From the NCBI GenBank assembly GCA_028718865.1, contig JAQUKX010000003.1, forward strand, positions 33,214 through 97,213: a stretch of 64,000 nt of DNA. The letters run 5' to 3'. Every line of letters begins with the position of its first letter. Positions within the stretch are counted from its first letter, which is position 1. Source of the stretch: Patescibacteria group bacterium. Its GTDB lineage: Bacteria > Patescibacteriota > Patescibacteriia > UBA1558 > GWA2-36-10. The notes beneath the pieces were generated by a model, which ran no database searches, was not told the DNA's origin, and was given only the letters and a program-made list of their open reading frames with translations. Below are positions 46,511 through 56,864 of the stretch, in pieces. The position numbers were made by a program, and so were the translations under genes.

Positions 46511-48379
46511 ATGAGGAGTATAAAAATTTCCAATATAAAGAAGAAAAAAGCTTTACTTTGGCCGCTTTTGTCTTTGGCGATTTTGGGCTTTTTGTTTCTG
46601 CTGTCCTGGGGCGGCAATTTTTTGCTTAACAAAAGCTACCAAGGCACTTTTTTAAAAGGCACTAAAGCCGGCGGCATAGATATCGGCGATCTTACTTTTG
46701 AAGAGGCCAAAAGCAAATTGGACAAACGCATTGAGTTCGTCAACCGCCGCGGCTTTGTCTATGTTGCCCCGACCAAAACCGTCACTATTTATCCAGTGGC
46801 CATGGCTACGGAAACAGGCGACAGTGTCCGTTTGATAGTTTCCTGGGACACGGTCCAGACTTTGGAAAACATCCAAAAAGAACAGGCGGACAGCCGCTGG
46901 CGGGATTTTTTCCGTAAACTGCGGATTTTTGCCATAGGCCGGAATTATCCTTTGGTGCATCGCTGGGATCAAGAGCAGCATTTGGCTCTGCTGAAAGAAA
47001 ATTTTGCTGATGTTTTGACGGAAAAAGTTGAAGCGGGTTTTGAGTTTGTCTCGGCTAATCAAATCAGAATCATAGAAGAAAAACCGGGCAATTCTTTTGA
47101 TTATGAAAAAGCCTTGATCCAGACCAGGCCGCTGATAGAAGAGCTTGATAGTTTTGATATTATGCTTTATTCCAGCCAGGATTATCCGGCTATAAATAGC
47201 CAGGCAGTCGGGAGTCTGGAGCCGGTTATTTTAGCTTCTTCTCAAGCCGGTGATATTTTACTCACCAGCCAGGATAGGCAGTGGTCAGTAGCCAATGATA
47301 CTTGGCGCCATTGGCTCAAAGTAAAAACCAAAGCCAATGGCCGTGATTTTTATCTCGGTATCAGTCAAGAACTTTTTGACGCTTATTTGCAAGAAGCAGG
47401 TATCAAAGAAAAAGTAGAAAAGCCAGTGCAAAATGCCCGTTTCAAGTTATTGGATGGAAAAGTGAGTGAGTTTATCAATAGTCAGGATGGAGTGTCCATT
47501 GATTTGTCGTCCAGTGTCAGCCAGCTGGAAGAGCTTGTTATCTCTGGTCAAGAATTAGCTTTGGAGCTGACTCTTAGCACAGTCGAGCCGGCAGTGGCTG
47601 TTACCGATGTCAATGATTTGGGGATAAAAGAAATTATCGGTACGGGCATTTCTGATTTTAAAGGCAGTCCGGCCAATAGAATTCACAATATCGGTGTTGG
47701 CGCCAGCACCTTAAACGGCATGCTGATAGCCCCGGGCGAGGAATTTTCCGTAGTCAAAGCTTTGGGTAAAGTAGACGCCGAGCATGGCTATAAGCCGGAG
47801 CTGGTGATAAAAGGCAATCAGACCATACCAGAGTACGGCGGCGGCCTTTGTCAGGTCAGCACCACTATTTTTCGCGGCGCCCTAGACACGGGACTGCCCA
47901 TTACAGAAAGGCGCAATCATTCTTATCGAGTGATTTATTATGAGCCGGCCGGCACCGATGCTACTATTTATAGTCCTTGGCCGGATTTGAAATTCAAAAA
48001 CGACACGGGCCATCATATTCTCATCCAGTCGCGCATGGAAGGCAGCAAGCTTTATTTTGATTTTTGGGGAACAGGCGATGGTCGCATAGTACGCATGACT
48101 GAGCCTATTGTTTATAATATAGTTGCGCCGCCACCAAAAAAAGTCATCAAAACCACGGACTTGGCTCCGGGCCAGGAAAAGTGCACGGAAAAAGCTTATA
48201 ACGGCGCTTCCGCCAAGTTTGATTATAGTGTTCAGTATTTCAATAAGCCCGAGCCGGTAGAAACCACTTTTTATAGCCATTATGTGCCTTGGCAGGAAGT
48301 CTGTCTTTTGGGGGTAAGCGAAGAGGAACTAGCCGAGTCAAACAATGGCAATGCCACTTCCACGCCGGATAACTCCTAA
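46511..48379 (+). CDS. VanW-family protein with peptidoglycan-binding regions
   Basis: NRIHNI, GGGLCQVSTT, ERRNHS and DATIY..DLKFKND motifs. Confidence 0.9.
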   Translation: MRSIKISNIKKKKALLWPLLSLAILGFLFLLSWGGNFLLNKSYQGTFLKGTKAGGIDIGDLTFEEAKSKLDKRIEFVNRRGFVYVAPTKTVTIYPVAMATETGDSVRLIVSWDTVQTLENIQKEQADSRWRDFFRKLRIFAIGRNYPLVHRWDQEQHLALLKENFADVLTEKVEAGFEFVSANQIRIIEEKPGNSFDYEKALIQTRPLIEELDSFDIMLYSSQDYPAINSQAVGSLEPVILASSQAGDILLTSQDRQWSVANDTWRHWLKVKTKANGRDFYLGISQELFDAYLQEAGIKEKVEKPVQNARFKLLDGKVSEFINSQDGVSIDLSSSVSQLEELVISGQELALELTLSTVEPAVAVTDVNDLGIKEIIGTGISDFKGSPANRIHNIGVGASTLNGMLIAPGEEFSVVKALGKVDAEHGYKPELVIKGNQTIPEYGGGLCQVSTTIFRGALDTGLPITERRNHSYRVIYYEPAGTDATIYSPWPDLKFKNDTGHHILIQSRMEGSKLYFDFWGTGDGRIVRMTEPIVYNIVAPPPKKVIKTTDLAPGQEKCTEKAYNGASAKFDYSVQYFNKPEPVETTFYSHYVPWQEVCLLGVSEEELAESNNGNATSTPDNS

Positions 48380-48709
48380 ACAAAAAACCTCCTAATCAAG
48401 GAGGACTTTGTTCTATCTTTTAGAGCAACTGTGCCCAAGAAAATCATTTCTTGAAAAAAATTCAGCCGGAGCCGAATTTCATCGGAAAAATGATCCCCAT
48501 GCTTGTCGTGGACACAGTTGCCCGAAAAGATAGATTTTGGAGATCGGATTTTATTTTTGTTTCATTATGACTAGGAATAATAGCATAGGATTGGAATCTT
48601 GTCAATACCCCCTGTTTTTTGCTATAATTTAAGGGATTTTTCAGCTTGACGTGGCATTTTTTTTGCGTTATCATCTTTATCATCTAAATAAGCTAATTTT
48701 AATAAAATC

Positions 48710-48904
48710 ATGGGACTGCCATCACAAAAAAGGACCAAGTCTTCAGCTCGTCGTCGAGCAGCTCACTTTGCCTTGAAAAATTTCGGCAAGAACAAATGCA
48801 GCAATTGCCAAGCCAGCATTTTGGCTCATCGCGCTTGCCCCAAGTGCGGCTACTTCAAAGGTGAGAAAAAAATAGCCACTGGCGGCCGCTTGAACAAAAA
48901 ATAG
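48710..48904 (+). CDS. rpmF: 50S ribosomal protein L32
   Basis: CxxC...HRACxxCG zinc ribbon. Confidence 0.93.
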   Translation: MGLPSQKRTKSSARRRAAHFALKNFGKNKCSNCQASILAHRACPKCGYFKGEKKIATGGRLNKK

Positions 48905-48914
48905 TTTTAAGCTA

Positions 48915-49778
48915 ATGGCGAACCGACACTTATCAAGAACACTGGCTTTGCAAGTTCTGTTTGAATGGGATTTTAGCAAAGGCAGTCATCAAGTGGAAGA
49001 AACCCTAGAGTATCTCCGACGGGAATTTGCTCCTGATTTTGATGATCAGGGCTTTTCTTTGCAGCTGGTAAAAAACATTATTGACCATCACCGAGAAATA
49101 GATGCTCTGATAAGCAAGTTCGCACCAGAATGGCCGCTGGAGCAGATAACTACCAGCGACCGCAATGTTTTGCGTATTGGCGTCTATGAACTGAAGCTGG
49201 CAGCGGAAATTCCTCCCAAGGTGGCGATAAATGAAGCAATAGAACTGGCCAAGGCCTACGGCGGCGATAGTAGCGGCAAGTTTGTCAATGGAGTACTGGG
49301 CAGCATCTATAGAGAGATGGTTCAAAAAGGAGAAAAACAAAGTTTGTCCAGCCAAGGCATCAAAGAAGTCTCGGTCGGCGGAGTTATCTATCGCCAAGCC
49401 GATGATGGGCTTTACTTTGTCTTAATCTTGGATGCTTACGGCAAATGGACTTTTCCCAAGGGTGGCATTAAAGAGGGCGAGGATGAACAAGCAGCAGTAA
49501 AGCGCGAACTGGAAGAGGAGACCGGCCTGAAAAATCTAAGAATTTTGGGCTACTTGGGAGAAAGCGAAGTCAAGGTGCACAAGCCGGACAAGCGTCCTTA
49601 TCGCAAAATAATCAAATACTTTTTGATAGAAACCCCTGACAGCAAATTGGTAGTGCCGCAAGTGAGCGAGCTCAAGGACGTCAAATGGTTTAGCCGTCAA
49701 GAAGCGCTGGAAATTATTGGCTACGAAAACGCCAAAGATATTTTTGTCCAGGCCCTAAATGAAATAAAACAAGGATAA
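48915..49778 (+). CDS. nusB: NusB fused to a C-terminal NUDIX hydrolase
   Basis: VAINEAIELAK...FVNGVL, then WTFPKG.IKEGE...RELEEETG. Confidence 0.9.
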   Translation: MANRHLSRTLALQVLFEWDFSKGSHQVEETLEYLRREFAPDFDDQGFSLQLVKNIIDHHREIDALISKFAPEWPLEQITTSDRNVLRIGVYELKLAAEIPPKVAINEAIELAKAYGGDSSGKFVNGVLGSIYREMVQKGEKQSLSSQGIKEVSVGGVIYRQADDGLYFVLILDAYGKWTFPKGGIKEGEDEQAAVKRELEEETGLKNLRILGYLGESEVKVHKPDKRPYRKIIKYFLIETPDSKLVVPQVSELKDVKWFSRQEALEIIGYENAKDIFVQALNEIKQG

Positions 49779-50473
49779 TGCAAAGGGATATAAAAAAATT
49801 GGAAGCCAATCTGGGAGTAAGATTCAAAGATAAAAATCTTTTGCGCAGCGCTTTGGTGCATCGCTCTTATTTGAATGAACACAAGAATTTTACTTTGGAG
49901 CATAATGAGCGCTTGGAATTTCTGGGTGATGCTGTTTTGGAGCTGGCGGTGACAGCTTATCTTTACCGTCGTTATAGCGATCCGGAAGGAATCTTGACCA
50001 ACTGGCGCTCTTCTTTGGTCAATGGCGAGCGCTTGGCGGCTATTGCTGAGGATTTGGGAGTTTATAATTTTCTTTATTTGTCCAAAGGCGAAGCCAAAGA
50101 CAGCAACAAAAAAGCCAGGCAGTATATTTTGGCCAATGCCTTTGAAGCCATAGTCGGAGCGATTTATCTGGATCAGGGATTTCGAGCAGCCGACAAGTTT
50201 GTCCGCAAAACTCTTGTTATCCAGCTGGGTCGTATCATTAAGCAAAAATTATATATTGACGCCAAAAGTCGTTTTCAGGAAAGAGCTCAAGAGCAAACCG
50301 GACTGACGCCTTATTACAAGGTGTTGTCCGAGTCTGGGCCGGATCATCACAAAAAATTCGTGGTGGGCGTGTTTTTGGAAAAAGAAATGATAGGCAAGGG
50401 TGAGGGCTATAGCAAGCAGTCCGCCCAAGTTCAGGCTGCTGGCCAAGCACTGGAAAAAAAAGGCTGGCAATAA
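49778..50473 (+). CDS. rnc: Ribonuclease III
   Basis: NERLEFLGDAVL signature plus dsRBD. Confidence 0.96.
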   Translation: MQRDIKKLEANLGVRFKDKNLLRSALVHRSYLNEHKNFTLEHNERLEFLGDAVLELAVTAYLYRRYSDPEGILTNWRSSLVNGERLAAIAEDLGVYNFLYLSKGEAKDSNKKARQYILANAFEAIVGAIYLDQGFRAADKFVRKTLVIQLGRIIKQKLYIDAKSRFQERAQEQTGLTPYYKVLSESGPDHHKKFVVGVFLEKEMIGKGEGYSKQSAQVQAAGQALEKKGWQ

Positions 50474-50579
50474 TTAGAATTGATTATCAAGGCGTTCCGA
50501 CTGGGACGTTTTTTGATTTGCTCCAGTTTCTGACGAGAAACTGGGTTGACAGTAAAATGTTTTTTGTTATGATAGAAAA

Positions 50580-50921
50580 GATCAGAGTTCCCCCCGGCCG
50601 CCGCTAAAGACAGGAAAGGGGCTCGGTTGTCCTTGAGTCGCATCTTGGACGCCTTTCCACTAAGTTGACGCATCTTCAGACGTGCAACTTTAGCGGCGGC
50701 CTCAAATTCAGGCGCCGTAGGGTCATGCCTTTGATCGGCGGGCTGGTCATTGGTATTTTTTTGAGAGATGGGCTTTGGTCGCTTAGGACACAGTGGCCAA
50801 AACTACCGAAGGTCTTTCAAAATACGGCTTAAGAAACCTCCCTTGAGCCGACAAATCAGCGACCTACCCTACGGCGCTCCCTTACTGACCGTTTAGCTTT
50901 TGCTAGGCGGTCTTTGCTTTT
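50580..50921 (+). ncRNA. Candidate structured ncRNA (second domain possibly 6S-like)
   Basis: Promoter TTGACA(50546)/TATGAT, two long closing stems and a terminator; no credible ORF. Confidence 0.55.
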
Positions 50922-50991
50922 TCCGGCTTAGTGATTTTTATCAATATTTGTGTTAAAATAAGACAGTGTTATTTAACTGCAAGATCAATGT

Positions 50992-53541
50992 ATGTATTTA
51001 GAGAAGTTAGAAATTCAAGGATTTAAATCTTTTGCCAATCCAGTGGAATTGGTTTTTAACCGCCAGCTGACTGCTATAGTCGGCCCAAACGGTTCGGGTA
51101 AATCCAATGTGGCTGACGCTGTGCGCTGGGTTTTGGGCGAGCAGAGCAATAAGACTTTGCGCAGCAAAAAAGCCGAGGATGTTATTTTTGCCGGCTCAGA
51201 CAAAAAAAGCCGCTTAGGCTTTGCCCAAGTGAGCCTTTTTCTCAACAACGCCGGCCGCCAGGCTGACCTTGATTATGATCAGGTAGTTGTCAGTCGTCGG
51301 GTGGAGAGAAACGGCGAAAGCGAATATTTGATAAACAACAACAAAGTCCGCCTGCTTGATGTCCAGCTGCTTTTGGCCAAAGCCAATTTTGGCCAAAAGA
51401 CTTATAGTGTTATTGGTCAGGGCACAGTTGACTCTATTTTATTGTCTTCAGCTCAGGAGAGGAAAGAGTTTTTTGACGAAGCCACCGGCGTCAAACAGTT
51501 TCAAATAAAAAAAAGCCAGTCGGAAAATAAATTGACTGCGGCTAAAGAAAATTTGGCACAAGGCGATAAAATTCTAGCTGAGCTGGAGCCAAGATTGCGC
51601 AGTTTGACTCGCCAGGTCAGGAAATTGGAAAAGCGGGAAAAGCTCCAAGTTGAGCTGAGGCAAAAACAGACTGATTATTACAGTTTTTTGTCTTTTGGCC
51701 TAAGCAAGGATTTAAAAGAAAAAAAAGAAATTTGCCGCGGCCTAGAAAAGGAGGCGTCTGATCTCAATCAAAAATTGGTGGAAATTCAAACTGCTTTAGA
51801 CAAAGAAAGCCGAGCTTCTTCCCGTCAGGAAGTTTTTGAAGAGCTCCGCCGCCAGCTAGCGGCCGGCCAGGAAAAAATAAACAGCCTGCTCAAGAAAAAA
51901 GCAGTTTTAGAAGGTCAAGGCGACCTCAAGCTGATTGCCAAGGGTCAAGGTGATTTGGTCTGGCTGGGCAAAAGAGGCGAAGAAATAGAAAGAGCTTTAA
52001 AAAACAGCCAAAATTTGCTGGCTGAAAAAGAAAGAGCCGCCCAGAAAGCAATTGCCGAGCTGGCGACTTTAGAAGAAAATCGAGCCAGAATTCTTTTGGA
52101 ATTTCAAGAGCTGGAGGACAAGCTGCTCAATCAAGATTTGCCACCGCAAGAGCTAGCCAAAAAAATGGAAGATATTTGCCGCCAGCAAGATGATTTTGAA
52201 AAGTCATTGGCCACTATCAGCAGCCTAGAAGAACTGTCGGCTTTGCGCGATGCTTGTCGCCGTCTCAATCATGATTTGCAGGAGCTCTATGGCCGGATAA
52301 AAAACAACAGCGATAAAGATCGTTCTTTGTGGCAAAAAGAATTCAATCAGCTTTTGTCAACCAAGGATAATCTAGTGTCAGAAATCAGCGGCGCCAAAAC
52401 CAAAAAAGCTTTGCTGGAAAGCGACTGCCAGCGCCTCCAAGAAGAAATAAAAAATCTCCAAGCCGAGCGGACAGCGGTGCAAAAAGATAAAAAATTGCTA
52501 GCTGGCCAATCTGATGCCGATAGCGATCTGGCCGGCCAGCTGGCTGAACTGGATAAGGTCATTGCTCAGGAAGAAGTCAATCTGCAAAAGAGCGAAGAGG
52601 AGATAAAAAATTTCAATCAAGAGGAAGAGAACAAGCGCCGGCAGCTTTTGGAGGCGCAAAAAGATTTCCAGGGCTTGCAAAATTCGTTTAACCAAAAAAA
52701 CAGCCACTTGGGTGAAATCAAGGTAGAATTGGCTAGACTGGAAACTCGGCAAGAAGAGTTAAATAAAGAAATATCTCAAGAAGCCGCTAGTTTTGATCTG
52801 CGGCCGGTAGATGATTTGAACCCGGAAAAAAGCAAAGCGGAAATTTTGTCTTTGAAAAATCAATTGGCTATTATTGGCGGCATTGATGAAGAAGTGATAG
52901 ATGAGTACAAGGAAGTCAAAGAGCGTTATGATTTTTTGAAAAATCAAAGCGAGGATCTCAAAGAAGCTATCAGTCATTTGGAAAAAATTATTAAAGATCT
53001 GGATCAGTCTATTGCTTCTCAGTTTGATCAGGCCTTTAAAAATATCAATAAATATTTTAGCGAATATTTCAAAAAATTGTTCAATGGCGGCAAGGCCGAG
53101 CTGATTTTAAATATTGAAGAAACTAAATCAGAAAAAAATAATTCAGCAGAAGAAGGCGGTCAAGTAGAAATTGAGATCAAAAAACAGTATGGCATAGAAA
53201 TCAAAGCCACACCGCCGGGTAAAAAGCTCTCCAGCATCAACATGCTTTCCGGAGGAGAAAAAGCCCTGACCTCCATTGCTCTTATTTGCGCTATTATTGC
53301 CAATAATCCTTCGCCTTTTGTGGTTCTAGACGAAGTGGACGCGGCTTTAGACGAGGCCAATTCCATTCGTTTTACGGAAATTTTGGGAGAGCTGTCCAGC
53401 AAAACTCAGTTTATTACCATTACTCATAATAGGGCAACAATGTATAAGGCAAAGATTATCTATGGTGTGACTATGGATGATGAGGGTGTATCGCGTCTTT
53501 TGTCCATGAGTTTTGAAGCGGCTGACGAAATTGCCGCTTAA
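50992..53541 (+). CDS. smc: Short SMC-family chromosome segregation ATPase
   Basis: GPNGSGKS, LSGGE and LDEVDAALD motifs; only 849 aa. Confidence 0.9.
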   Translation: MYLEKLEIQGFKSFANPVELVFNRQLTAIVGPNGSGKSNVADAVRWVLGEQSNKTLRSKKAEDVIFAGSDKKSRLGFAQVSLFLNNAGRQADLDYDQVVVSRRVERNGESEYLINNNKVRLLDVQLLLAKANFGQKTYSVIGQGTVDSILLSSAQERKEFFDEATGVKQFQIKKSQSENKLTAAKENLAQGDKILAELEPRLRSLTRQVRKLEKREKLQVELRQKQTDYYSFLSFGLSKDLKEKKEICRGLEKEASDLNQKLVEIQTALDKESRASSRQEVFEELRRQLAAGQEKINSLLKKKAVLEGQGDLKLIAKGQGDLVWLGKRGEEIERALKNSQNLLAEKERAAQKAIAELATLEENRARILLEFQELEDKLLNQDLPPQELAKKMEDICRQQDDFEKSLATISSLEELSALRDACRRLNHDLQELYGRIKNNSDKDRSLWQKEFNQLLSTKDNLVSEISGAKTKKALLESDCQRLQEEIKNLQAERTAVQKDKKLLAGQSDADSDLAGQLAELDKVIAQEEVNLQKSEEEIKNFNQEEENKRRQLLEAQKDFQGLQNSFNQKNSHLGEIKVELARLETRQEELNKEISQEAASFDLRPVDDLNPEKSKAEILSLKNQLAIIGGIDEEVIDEYKEVKERYDFLKNQSEDLKEAISHLEKIIKDLDQSIASQFDQAFKNINKYFSEYFKKLFNGGKAELILNIEETKSEKNNSAEEGGQVEIEIKKQYGIEIKATPPGKKLSSINMLSGGEKALTSIALICAIIANNPSPFVVLDEVDAALDEANSIRFTEILGELSSKTQFITITHNRATMYKAKIIYGVTMDDEGVSRLLSMSFEAADEIAA

Positions 53542-53673
53542 ATTGGGTATAAAATAATAAAATCCGGCTTAGCGTCGGATTTTTACATTGACAAAAATAT
53601 AAATCTTCAGTTATGATTAAAATTGCCGTGCCCTAAAGGCAATTAATAAAAACTCTCGTTCCAAGGAGGAAAG

Positions 53674-53880
53674 ATGACTGCTCAAGCCGCTGCCAATAAC
53701 GGGATCGAAGATCTGTTGGTTAACCACAATGTGGTAGCCATCACCTTCAACGATGGTTTCGTCCAGGTGAGTAAGATCACCAGCATCAATCAGACCAAGG
53801 GCACGGTTCGCTTCATTCCCTTTGCCGGCCAGCCACAGAGCCGGCTGCTGGTGGACATCCAAAAAGTCCACATCGCCTAG
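53674..53880 (+). CDS. Small GC-rich hypothetical protein (SH3/Sm-like beta pattern)
   Basis: TTGACA/TATGAT promoter, SD AAGGAGG, terminator. Confidence 0.65.
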   Translation: MTAQAAANNGIEDLLVNHNVVAITFNDGFVQVSKITSINQTKGTVRFIPFAGQPQSRLLVDIQKVHIA

Positions 53881-54016
53881 TAGTCAGCCCAGCCGCTCTC
53901 AAGTGGCTGGGCTAAATTTTTTATTTGACAAATCAGTTTTTAACGATTATGTTTTATTTGTTTGTCAATGTCCTTTGTCACTGAGGTGTCTGTTTTCTCT
54001 AACCAGGAGGCTGGCC

Positions 54017-54397
54017 ATGAGTTACTTTCTTTTGACTATCAATGCTCTTTCTGAAGCAGAGAAGTCCGATTCTGGCAACCCGTTGTTTGGGGCGGTTATT
54101 ATTTTTATTATGGCGATTTTGATACTTTGTATTTGGTTTACGGTAAAACCACCAAGAAAAAGCAGGGAAACAAAATTGGGCCACCAAGCTTCCGTTGAGG
54201 AAGTCTGGCAAATTATTTTGGAACTCAAGTCCAAACGCAAGCGCTCTTTTTCCGCTTTCTATATTTCCGAAAAAATACAAGGAAGTAATACTAGGCAGGT
54301 AGGCCAGGTTCTTTTGCAACTAGTAGACCAAGGCAAGCTAGAGAGGGACTATGGCGATTGTGTTCATGAAGAAGTGTTTCTCATCGTTTACGACTAG
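54017..54397 (+). CDS. Membrane protein with possible winged-helix domain
   Basis: SD AGGAGG before ATG 54017; one TM helix. Confidence 0.6.
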   Translation: MSYFLLTINALSEAEKSDSGNPLFGAVIIFIMAILILCIWFTVKPPRKSRETKLGHQASVEEVWQIILELKSKRKRSFSAFYISEKIQGSNTRQVGQVLLQLVDQGKLERDYGDCVHEEVFLIVYD

Positions 54398-54451
54398 ATA
54401 TATTGGCTTTGCCTCAGAATAAATCCAGCGACCGCAAGGCCGCTGGATCTT

Positions 54452-55291
54452 TTATTTTCCGTAAACGTTTTTTAGAAGATCAAGGTTTTTACCACTGTCT
54501 CTCAAGTAGCGGACATTGAGGTCGCGCAACTTGGCGCAAGCTTCTTTTTCTTCGGGAAGGTCATTTTTTTCCAGCATTTCTATAAAAGCTTCAAAGTCCT
54601 TGATAAAGCAATGCCCGCCAGCGCCGCGTCCGCCTTGGTGTATCACTGACAAGTGAGTCGGGCCAATACGGGGATCAGCTGAGAGAGCTTCTTTGATAAT
54701 TTCAAAATCCAAATTGTGCTTAACTATCAAATCATAAAAAATATTCATAAACACTACTTTGAAATAAAACCAGCAATTGCCGCCATATTTGATCATTTCG
54801 GCATTTTCGCAAGAAGTAATTAGATTGTAAGGCGCCGGCGGCAAAGTGCTCATGACTAACTCAGCTTTTTGGTAGAGATCAGCATTGTTGATATCGGTGA
54901 TACCGACAATATTTCTATTGGGATGGCGAGCATCATAGGCCGCGGTTTTTTCGGTTAAAAATTCTGGACTATGCATGATTTTTATTTGTGGATAAAGCGC
55001 CTGCATTTTTTGGGTAGTGCCCAGTTGAATAGTGGATTTTATGACAGCGATTTTTCCTTTTCCGATTAGTCCCAGCACTTCTTTAAGAATTGAGTCATCA
55101 AAACCTTTGGGGGTGGTGGGGGTAGGCACGGCAATTAGAGTGATATCGCAAGCCTTAATTTTTTCTTTGTTATCTTTGTATTTTTCAATATCATAGCGGA
55201 CTATTTGATATCCGCGATTTTCAAAATCATCGGCATAGTTTTTGCCGATAAAACCCTGGCCAATAAAGCCGATAAGCGGTTTGTTTGCCAT
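54452..55291 (-). CDS. UDP-glucose/GDP-mannose dehydrogenase family protein (short form)
   Basis: GQGFIG, AVPTP, IKST, SPEFL and GGHCFIKD motifs. Confidence 0.88.
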   Translation of the reverse strand: MANKPLIGFIGQGFIGKNYADDFENRGYQIVRYDIEKYKDNKEKIKACDITLIAVPTPTTPKGFDDSILKEVLGLIGKGKIAVIKSTIQLGTTQKMQALYPQIKIMHSPEFLTEKTAAYDARHPNRNIVGITDINNADLYQKAELVMSTLPPAPYNLITSCENAEMIKYGGNCWFYFKVVFMNIFYDLIVKHNLDFEIIKEALSADPRIGPTHLSVIHQGGRGAGGHCFIKDFEAFIEMLEKNDLPEEKEACAKLRDLNVRYLRDSGKNLDLLKNVYGK

Positions 55292-55551
55292 TTTTTTGAC
55301 TCAATTATTAAAATTAACTGCTTAATTATAGCAATTAGTTAAATATTGTCCATCTTTATCAATCATTTTTTTGTTAGTTTGGTATTGACAAAGATAGAGC
55401 AAATATAGTAATATTGACCCCGTTATTATAAGGGCGTATAGCATATGGCTAATGGCCGAAAAAAGTAATATAGATTATAAATTATATTAAAGATAAACAG
55501 CTTATAGAATTGTATACCATTGGCAACAAACTATAAGTCATAAGCAAAATT

Positions 55552-55953
55552 ATGTTAGCAATCAGATTTCAAAGAACAGGCCGAAACAAACAACCTTATT
55601 ATCGGGTGGTAGTTTCGGAAAAGACCAAGGATATGTATGGCCGGCATTTGGAGATTTTGGGCACCTACAATCCCCGCAGCAAAGAGATAGCTCTGAAAGT
55701 TGAGCGGATTAAATATTGGCTGGAAAAAGGAGCGCAAGCTTCCGATGTTGTTTTCAATCTTTTTGTCCGAGAAGGGATACTGGCCGGCAAAAAGAGAAAA
55801 GCCGTGGCTATTTCCAAGCGCCGCCAAGCCAAGCAGGCCGAAGCGCAAAAAGCCAAGGAAAAAGACCAAGTTCCAGCTGATCAAGTTGGCAGCGAATCTG
55901 AGTCAAAAACAGAGCCTGAAGCAAAAGCCGAAACTGAGTCAAAAACAGAATAA
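55552..55953 (+). CDS. rpsP: 30S ribosomal protein S16
   Basis: IRFQRTG..QPYYRVVV...LGTYNP...WLEKGAQAS. Confidence 0.95.
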   Translation: MLAIRFQRTGRNKQPYYRVVVSEKTKDMYGRHLEILGTYNPRSKEIALKVERIKYWLEKGAQASDVVFNLFVREGILAGKKRKAVAISKRRQAKQAEAQKAKEKDQVPADQVGSESESKTEPEAKAETESKTE

Positions 55954-56039
55954 AATTGACCTTTGAAATAAATAACGCTATAATTGATTTGAAGTATTTT
56001 TATTAACACTTAATTAAGAAGATAATTAACCAAAAAGAA

Positions 56040-56342
56040 ATGGACGATAAAGCATTTTTAGAGACCGTTGTCAAAGCTTTGGTCGACAAGCCGGAAGACG
56101 TAGTAGTCGAAAGGAATATCGACGAAAGAGTCGTTCTTTTAACCTTAAAGGTTAACCCAGAAGAAATGGGGAAAATTATCGGCAAGCAGGGCCAGACTGC
56201 CCGCTCCCTTCGCACTTTGTTGCGCATCATTGGCAACAAAAATAATTCCTATGTAAACCTCAAGGTTTACGAGCCGGAAAAAGAAGGTCGCAGCGGCGGA
56301 CAGCGTTCGGAAGCTAACGACGTGGACGATCTCAAATTGTAA
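56040..56342 (+). CDS. khpA: KH-domain RNA-binding protein KhpA
   Basis: MGKIIGKQGQTARSLR; follows rpsP. Confidence 0.9.
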   Translation: MDDKAFLETVVKALVDKPEDVVVERNIDERVVLLTLKVNPEEMGKIIGKQGQTARSLRTLLRIIGNKNNSYVNLKVYEPEKEGRSGGQRSEANDVDDLKL

Positions 56343-56431
56343 TATAAATTTGTACATAAAAATCTTGAAAGACCCCGGGCTGTAAGTCTAGGGGTCTTTC
56401 GTTTTTTCATGATTTATAGTATTTTTACTTT

Positions 56432-56863
56432 ATGAAAATAACTATTTGTAGCAGTTTGGATTTTTCTCAAGCAGTAGGCGAGGTAGCCAAAGAGTTAAAT
56501 TTGCTCGGTCACCAGATTTTTTTGCCAGCTACGGCAGAAAAAATATTACAAGGGCAGGTCAAATTAGAAGACATTAAAAAGGCCAAGGCTGACGGCAGTA
56601 TTGCTAAGCAGGCTATAGAAAATAATGTCATTATGACCCATTACAAAAAAATACTAGCTTCAGAGGCTATTTTAGTTTTGAATTATTCCAAAAACAATAT
56701 AGCCAATTATATAGGCGGCAGTGTTTTTTTGGAAATGGGACTAGCTTATGTGAATAATAAAAAAATATTTTTATTAAATAACATGCCAGACATGCCTTAT
56801 TCAGATGAGCTCTTGGCTATGGAGCCAATAATTTTAAGCGGTGATTTAAAGAGAATTAAATAA
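56432..56863 (+). CDS. Hypothetical protein (nucleoside deoxyribosyltransferase-like)
   Basis: ITICSS...AILVLN...YIG.SVFLEMGLA. Confidence 0.65.
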   Translation: MKITICSSLDFSQAVGEVAKELNLLGHQIFLPATAEKILQGQVKLEDIKKAKADGSIAKQAIENNVIMTHYKKILASEAILVLNYSKNNIANYIGGSVFLEMGLAYVNNKKIFLLNNMPDMPYSDELLAMEPIILSGDLKRIK

Positions 56864-56864
56864 T

